A stretch of DNA of 60,020 bases, the filler included, from Sluysia triapertura (Eukaryota): the NCBI GenBank assembly GCA_046118255.1. It is 4 parts of 4 records of this genome, joined end to end, with 100 filler letters (N's around TTAATTAATTAA, not from the genome) between each part and the next. Parts side by side here need not be neighbours in the genome. Positions count along the whole stretch, not along the records: positions 46,252 to 60,020 come from JBJNIA010021070.1; 3 more parts are not named here. One strand, 5' to 3'. Numbering within the stretch: the stretch's first letter is position 1; every line of letters starts with the position of its first letter. Under the pieces are notes generated by a model, which worked only from the letters and a program-made list of their open reading frames with translations, was not told where the DNA came from and did not search any database. A program made the translations under genes and the position numbers. Positions 52,132 through 60,020 of this stretch are shown here, one piece after another.

Positions 52132-52445
52132 TTATGATTTGAAAACTTGAATTGTACATTGATCTAATTCTAATTCGCAATGTTTACCTTCTTCGCAAGT
52201 AAAGAAACTAAAATATTTAATTGGTTATTTTAAAATAGTTTCAAATATTACCTAGTGAAATTTTTACCAAATACTACATTCCAACGTCCACCAAATTCTC
52301 TATCCAATGTTTTCTTAATTTGTTCAGCTTTGTCTCTATTTGATGTATTACTTTCAAACGCTCTAACCACAGTATCCATAACGAGTTCTGTCTGATCTCG
52401 GTTTAATTTAGTCTGTTTTACTTTTAATTCTGTAGATTTAACCAT
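52132..52445 (-). CDS. Dynein light chain, LC8 family, divergent (exons 52445-52252 and 52207-52132; 89 aa)
   Basis: Removing a 44-nt phase-2 GT-AG intron gives 'KAEQIKKTLDREFGGRWNVVFGKNFTSFFTCEEGKHCELELDQCTIQVFKS*', which aligns to LC8 [32 protein letters not shown]...LFKSG; total length 89 aa. Confidence 0.9.
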
Positions 52446-52766
52446 GTTTGATTATTTTGTAATTGAATGAATTCATAATCGCATTTGATTTAATATATAC
52501 TAAAATAATGGTCTCAATAACTGCGAAAAAAGAAATTGTTCAAATAAAATACAATAGAAATTAAATTGTTGCTAAAGTATGCATAGTTAGTGTATAGTTT
52601 TAAACAAAAGCAACAATTAAATTATAATTTCAATTAATGTCAATTATTTGGTCTAAATGACTCAATTATTTAATGAAATTAAACACGTTTTAAATTTATA
52701 ATTATTGTTGAGTTGCTATTACAATCCTTAGGAAGAATGTGTAATATGAAATAAACGACAACTGCA

Positions 52767-52843
<77 letters not shown>
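52767..52843. repeat. (ATT)n microsatellite
   Basis: Directly visible. Confidence 0.95.
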
Positions 52844-52844
<1 letters not shown>

Positions 52845-55800
52845 ACAGCCTCATTTATAACTCAAGAAATATTTTCATAAACATCGAAACTTAAAAAGAA
52901 ACACTTTCAAACAATAAAATTGGAGTTGGAAAGTAGCAAGTAAACATGAAGGAAGAAAGGAAGAATCCATTACACTTAATTAATTCCTATAAAACATCGT
53001 GCATGTGATGGAAAAGCCACTAAAAGTGGTATAAATATATACTACTTAACGAAAAGGATATAATTGAATAAATTACATAGAATTATGATATGATATCACC
53101 AAATTGATCATATGTACTGTAATTAACTGGGACATAGAGAAAACTGTTATGCAACTATAATATAAGAACCAATATATAAATTATTATGGAATTCAATTGT
53201 TTAGAAAGTATAATAGAGATTAAATGGAAGATCTTTCAGTGGAGATCTTTTATGTGACAAAAACGATTACTTATTGGCCATAAATTCTGAATAAGGAAAT
53301 ATAGATAAGAAATTTGAATAGAATTTCACTGAAGCATTACCAATTTTTTATTCGCTTTAATTGTGAATTGGGGATAAAACTTATACAAAGTTAATTAATT
53401 GTTCTGTGTTTACATTGTTTAATGTTGAGTAGTTGAATAATTTAGAAAAAGTATTTATGCTAACCGCAATTCTATAATAACAGAATTCTTCCATTGCTTC
53501 ATTTTCTTGATGACTTTACTTAAATATGTCTGAATGATTTCGATTTTTGAACCTTATTTATCAATATCAAAAATGACAGTGTTACTGTGGTGGCTCTCAA
53601 CTTATAAGGTTTAACTTTACTAGTCAAACAATTATACAAGTGTTCCATAATTCACAAAACACATAAAACTTCTAACTGTACTATTAAATCACAACTCTTA
53701 ATTCGATTATGATCTGATCATCAAATAATACCATTAAACAATAAAAATCATGCGTAAAATTATTTAGTGCATTGACTAAATTCGTACATATTTACAAATA
53801 TCATACGTAATATCCAATTGCTAAATATAAGCAGACTTATTAATGAAACAAAATCGCTTTAAAATTCATAAAATTATTTAATCATAATCAGATTCTTAGA
53901 TCAGCAAATATTTCTTGGTAAACCTTGTATGTTGCACCTTTAACATTCAATTAATTAATTCTTTATGCCATTCATTAAACTATTTAAAAATAACGTTGTA
54001 GTAAACAATTCTATCCTACAGGTCATCCTCAGGCTTTAACATCTCATATTTCGGAAAATTTTTGCTTTAAATTATTGTCTTTATAACCTTTAAAGGAGAT
54101 GTTGAATATGAAAATATTATCAGAAAGAACCTTAATTTGTTCCTAAATATTTTAAAATTCATTTAATTTTAGTTATAATAATTATAATTCTTAATACTTC
54201 TGAAATATAAAGATCAAATATAAATAAACTATCCCCAATTCTTATCACTTGGTATTGAGATTGAAATAAATCTCAGACGAAAATCAAATCCATAATGATA
54301 ATTCAAAAAGTAATAAAGAGTTTTTGTTATGTTTAAGATCAAACGTGATTAAAGTTATAAAAATAATATTGAATACATTTAGTAAAGAAACGATAAAAAG
54401 AAGATTCTTTTGTGACGTAAATTTAAATATTAAAGAAATTTTATATTTTCACACTTAAAATATCCTATAGGAATTAAATACATTATCAATTATCTCATAA
54501 ATAACTAAGGTATACTGGTTTCTAAAACTATTCGAAAATAGTAAAATCCACTCGGTTTAATATTAAATGTATATAGAAATATTAAATGTATATAAATGTG
54601 TATAAAATTGAAATATTAAATGTGTAAAAATATTAAAACTGTGTAATATATTATTTTAAATAATCGTTATTTTAGTAAAATTATATAAATTTAGAAAAAA
54701 TATTTCAATAATTTTATTTTTGCATATTTTGTAATTCGGAATTTTATATCACATTTGTATTTCATTAGTATAATCTAAGAAAATTAATTAATTTACGATT
54801 CCGACACAAATATTTTATTGTAAAATTTTATTATTTATCCATCATAAAATTTTATTATTCAATAAAATAACAATAATTCTAATCATAAAAACGAATTTTA
54901 TTATATCAATAAAATTGGATTACTATCGAATAAGACGACTAATTTTATCTAAAAGACAAACAGTTATCATATAGCTTCACAACAAATATGGAGAATTTCT
55001 TTTTGGCTATCTTCGATTAGTGTTACGTTAAATTACTTTCGAATTTTTTGGAAACGTTTGCAGTTTTATAACAATCCAATATCCATTACAGAGAATTCAA
55101 TTGCAGTTTTACTACAGTTGACATTTTTGGATTAATCCTCATATTTATAGATCTTGTCCATATAGATCTCCTATAGATCTTGTCCATTAATTCGCAAGTT
55201 GATTATTATTAAGTTTAATGCTATAATTTTAGCATCAAAATACACTTAAAATCATTCTTTAAATCCAAGCATTCGCCTGGATTAATAGTATTTTTAAAAT
55301 CAATTGAAAAAGTCGACTCAGCAGCGATCCTGAATTTTTATATTATATTGTACATTTATATAGTTGTTATAATCTTGTTACACTGTTTTTTATATGTTGA
55401 GTTTTATTTCATAATAAATCTTAGTGGTTATTTTGTTAAGTTAATTAGAGGTATGTTTTTAAAAGATCATTACTCGTATAATTTTTGATCAAATAAAAAT
55501 AAAGGTAGAAACCGTTTAAGCATCGAGTTAGTACGCTATAATAAGTAGAGCCACTTTATGTAGTATCTTTCAACTTCATCCTGTGATTGAGTATTTCATA
55601 ATTGTTGCTGATAAAAAAACAGAACAGGTCATTATGAACATTAAAATTTGTTAAATTAAAATTAAAAATTACTTTCAAGTCTGGCGACACTCACTACCAA
55701 AAATAAACACAAAAGTACAGTTAATTTTTTATTATAAAACACTAACATGTTCTTAAAAAAAAGCTACGTAACATCTTTTTGACTCATCGTTAATTTTCAA

Positions 55801-58800
55801 AAACACTGTAAATTTCCTTATTCTCATCTTTCACAAAATATCGATGTACAAATATGGTTTTCGATGTAATTTGAGTTTAATAACACGGAATCTTCAAAAT
55901 ATTCAATTCAATTAGTTTATTTGTTACATAGCAATCATCACTAATTGATACATAGACTAGCAATATCTTCTACAATATCATCTTTAATAGTTTTAATACT
56001 ACTAACAATGAATTGAAATACATCAGAATGAATTTTATTTAGATATAGTAGTGGCATTATTGAAAATGGAAGAAAATCTCTTTTTACTGCCATGAAACTG
56101 TTTGATAATTTTAGTATTGATTACAATGAAGGTTCTAATAACCGGTATATTTAAAGTCTCGATAAAACCACCTATAAAAGAGCTCTGTATTTAAAGTCGT
56201 GGAACTTTTCAACTACCTGTACGAAATCATTAACTATATTATTTGAATAGGACTATCAAGCTTTCTTAATTTGGTGATTCAACTTATAACCCATAAGTTT
56301 ATTCATATATTACATAAACACTCCCATAATTCACAGAATATATAAGAAAATCACTAATTTTAACAATTGTAAAAGACAATATGAGTAATCAAATTCATTT
56401 CTTAATCCCATGTTCCTAATCATCAAATAGTACTTTATATATTTTGCATTTCATACCATTTAAATTAATTAATTAACGCTATTCATTAAAGCACTTAAAC
56501 TTTCAATTATAATGTTTGTATTAAACAATTTTATGCTAGAAATCATTCCCAGGCTTAAACATTTCTTATTTCATAAAGCTTTTTTGTCTGACGTTCAATA
56601 TAATTCTATCCTAAACTATCATAACTTTATAACTTCTAACTTAGTTAAATTCTCAATTATAAATCATTATAAAGAACCCTGCATAATAATATTATTATTA
56701 ATAGAAATAATATAATGATTGCAATAATAGTAGCAATATTACAGAGTAACCCAACTAATTACATTTAACTTTATTACAGAATCATCATACAATAAACCTA
56801 GAACTCATAAAATAGTTAGCAAAATTTCCAATCTAAATCACATATTCCTAGATCATTCAATAGTTCTTTATTCTCACAACCTTTAATTCACAACATTATT
56901 CAATAAACCATTCGAACTTTAAATCTTTTAATGATAAAGTTGCTCTATATAAATTCATTCTATAGATCATGTACAGACTCAAAAAACTTATATTTTACAC
57001 AACATTAAAGTGGAATCACAACTTAATACATTAAATTCACTTCATAACCAATTAAAATATTTCACAAAGAAATATACACATTACAACGCATCAACAAATT
57101 CATAAACAGATACAAAGATTATACTTAATATCTAAATTCTATAGACAAAAGGATTCAATAATGAAATATAAACATCTTTTAACCCACAAAACACTTTGTA
57201 AAACATGTAATCTTAATCGCTGTCAAAGATCATCAAATAATTCTCCATACATCCTGTATTTTACATCTTTAACAATTGATTACCTCACAATTTTTGCATT
57301 CAATAATTCCACAACATATCGTGTAAGATCATGTAAGTATAGAAATTAAAAGAAGTTAAAGAAAATAGATGAAATAGGCAGTGAATTAAAAATATTGCAG
57401 CAATTGCTTAAAGAGTGGTTCAGTTTCAAATTACGTAAAATTAGCAATTAAATTTTCTCACAAATGCTTTATTAAAATATCGATCCTTAATTGGTTTAAT
57501 TTTACAATTAGTTTCTTGTCTTCATTCAATTGTGATTCATGTTTTATATTTAATAATACTACATATTGTTTAGCATGCTAGTTGACAGACTGAAATGCAC
57601 ACAGAACAACCAATAATATAACAATAATACTAATGTTGTTATGTTAGTGCACCGCGACACGAAAAAGATGTATATTATGAAAATTATATCTTCATGTAAA
57701 TATATAATGATGATAATAATTATCAATTAATTATCCCAATAATATATGCACTTACATAAATCAAACATAGTATTGAATTCAATAACTCATGTCAAGACAC
57801 TAAATACTGATATAATACATAATATTTCATAAAATAAAGTAGTAAACTGAATAAAATAATAAATTGATAATAAATGTATTGATTATTTAAAATAATAAAT
57901 TAGTAATAAATGAGAAATTAGCATTAAAATTGAAAACGAATAATAAAATAATAATAAATGATATAGAAAAGTAATTCATCAATAATAAAAAAATCTACAG
58001 TGCTTAATGATTAATTTTTGAACTTATGATTTAATAAATAATCACATAACTGGTCAAAGAGAGATAGACAAAGATAAAAAGCGAACTCTATTTTTAGTAT
58101 CTTAAACCTCACGTCAAAGACTAATATCCTAATTGATTTGTCTGTTGATTTACTTGTTCTATATAGTGAATCGATAAAGACGATAAGGAAACTTTACAAA
58201 AATTTCAAATAAAATTTACTAGAGACGAAAATTAATAATAATTAGATCCTACTACGTATCTAAAGTAATTAGATAAACTAACAATAAATTTTATAGAAAT
58301 GTCTTCTAAAAGGATGTAAATCTTTGACTATAGACGAATCCGAAATTTTATCACTTTGTAAGTTAGCTGATACTTGCAAATTTAAAAACAATTACATGTT
58401 ACAATGTATTGTTATTCTATATTATACAGTTGTGAAATGTTACTTAAAATTTATTTGAGTCAAATGATTTGGTTCTACTTAAATTTATCTTAATGATCGA
58501 AGGCTAAAGAGTGACTTGTCTACAACGCAATAATTATATAAAGAAATATGGAAGTTAATAAATCATTTATTCTTATACTCTGAGCAACAAATATAACTTT
58601 AATACATTCGAAGTTTAAAACTATAATAATAACTTTATAAATTTAATGATAATATTTTAGATTAAATGTATTTTACACCTATCTTTAAATTGAGATTGAA
58701 AAGGCGCAAAAATGGTATAAAAATTTGCTTACGGTATAGGATTTAAATGGAATTGTGACGTAATTTAGTCGAATCAATTTTATTACATCGACTATTCTTA

Positions 58801-59159
58801 TTTATCTTTATTTATTTATCACAAGTTTTTACGTCTCTAGTCGTTTAGGTCTATCAGTAATTAATATTATCCTTATAAAATTTATGAAGGTTAATTTTTA
58901 ATTTTTTTGTGTACACAGAAAGAGTTGCTACAAGGTCAACAATATTTTAAATCAATATTATTAATTTATCTTACTAATAGAACACGAATATGAACACCAG
59001 GAAATCAATATCATCATATTAAAATATACTAATTATATTGTTGTTATCATTATGATTTCTGTTTCTTTTACACTTCATCTTCCTTTTATTTTTACTACCA
59101 ATCTTCCTTCTACTCGTTGGTGTTTTTGAATTTATATATATTTATAGTACGTATGATTC

Positions 59160-59800
59160 ATGCTTCGTATGACTATTAGAACGAGAACTGAGAATTGAAA
59201 GATTTCAAACATGGAACGAGAAAAACAAATCCATAAATTTAAAACCGATATTTACAATTTATTTTGTTTAATTCAAAATAGTAAAGAACTGAAGGATAGA
59301 GTGCTTACATATCAGAAGAAATATATACAAAATGATGAATATAACAATACCATGGCTGCTGAAATATCAGCAAGTTCTGGTAATAAAAAAAATTCAGTCG
59401 CTAACGAGATCATTTAGAAAGAACTGTTAAAACATTACAGAAAAAATTCGTTCGTGATAATGATCTACGTCGCATTAACTACGTTAGAATTATGAGGGAC
59501 AGCATCACACTTTTACAAGAAATCAATGAGCTTCAAAAAGTTTTACAACAATGTCGACTGCACATTCACGATTTAGAAGCAGCTCTTGGTTTGCATCGAA
59601 AGTAAGGAGAAGTTGCTCGTAAAATTTTATCGAAAATATCAAAGAACTCGAAACTGATACATTAATGTTACGTGAAGTAGAGGGATCAGAAATATTGATA
59701 GAAGCACAAGGAAAGGATTGGACTGTAGAATCTTTATCTAAAGCTTTGAACAGCATCTGCAAATTCAACAGATAATATACCCAGTTCTCCGATCAAATCG
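59160..59800 (+). pseudogene. CFAP57: CFAP57/WDR65 C-terminal coiled-coil region, disrupted copy
   Basis: 'IHKFKTDIYNLFCLIQNSKELKDRV', 'FSR*RDHLERTVKTLQKK' and 'NYVRIMRDSITLLQEINEL..IHDLEAALGL' match CFAP57 KRFKTDLHNC..IQEP / RQREHLERNL / DYVRIMQENVSLIKEINEL / VYDLEAAL. At least two frameshifts and several in-frame stops; homology may extend to the window end. Confidence 0.85.
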
Positions 59801-60020
59801 CAATTATACAGATCTTTTATTTGATAGGTGCTCAAGCTATTGCACGAAAAATATTAATAGATCATAAACCACAACCGTTGATAGGCAGCTCAGCATTATG
59901 GTTACAAGAATGATGCCTATATATGCGCAAAAAATTCATTCACAATTCAAATATTGAACGAAAAAATATTGCTGAACCAGAATTTGATAAATCATTTTAT
60001 GATCTGATGCAGAGTATGCT

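Noticed and set aside
55923-55935. RFX X-box-like GTTACATAGCAAT
   Set aside because: Imperfect match and not adjacent to an identified gene start.

Overview
Very AT-rich eukaryotic scaffold. The 44-70 nt GT-AG introns, (AAT)n microsatellites and a divergent dynein light chain suggest a planarian/flatworm (inference only). It is broken by three artificial 44N-TTAATTAATTAA-44N linkers and one 100-N gap, so contiguity across those points is uncertain. Host genes: the six 3' exons of an SBF1/SBF2 (MTMR5/13)-type myotubularin-related gene (minus strand, 46066 to 38191), a complete two-exon 89-aa LC8-family dynein light chain (52445 to 52132) and a disrupted C-terminal CFAP57/WDR65 copy at the right end. 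Most of the rest is transposon debris (piggyBac remnants and two ~70-bp TTAA-flanked mini-elements, mariner, Tc1/IS630-type, hAT, Gypsy). Two things stand out and are largely missed by the ORF track. (1) A decayed, internally deleted Maverick/Polinton (adintovirus-like) genome at ~1600-5000 retains remnants of packaging ATPase, integrase, minor and major capsid, a protease-cleavable core-like protein and pPolB, plus a duplicated small 'M-x-STLSSL...CCNG' ORF. (2) Three paralogous loci (26.3 kb -, 28.5 kb +, 34.3 kb +) share an atypical C-x9-C-x6-C-x3-H finger. Two of them lie head-to-head and have a predicted phase-0 intron exactly 63 codons after the finger. They sit among long orphan ORFs with CCAAT/YY1-type promoter cassettes. 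All family calls come from manual translation and recalled motifs; no database searches were run.
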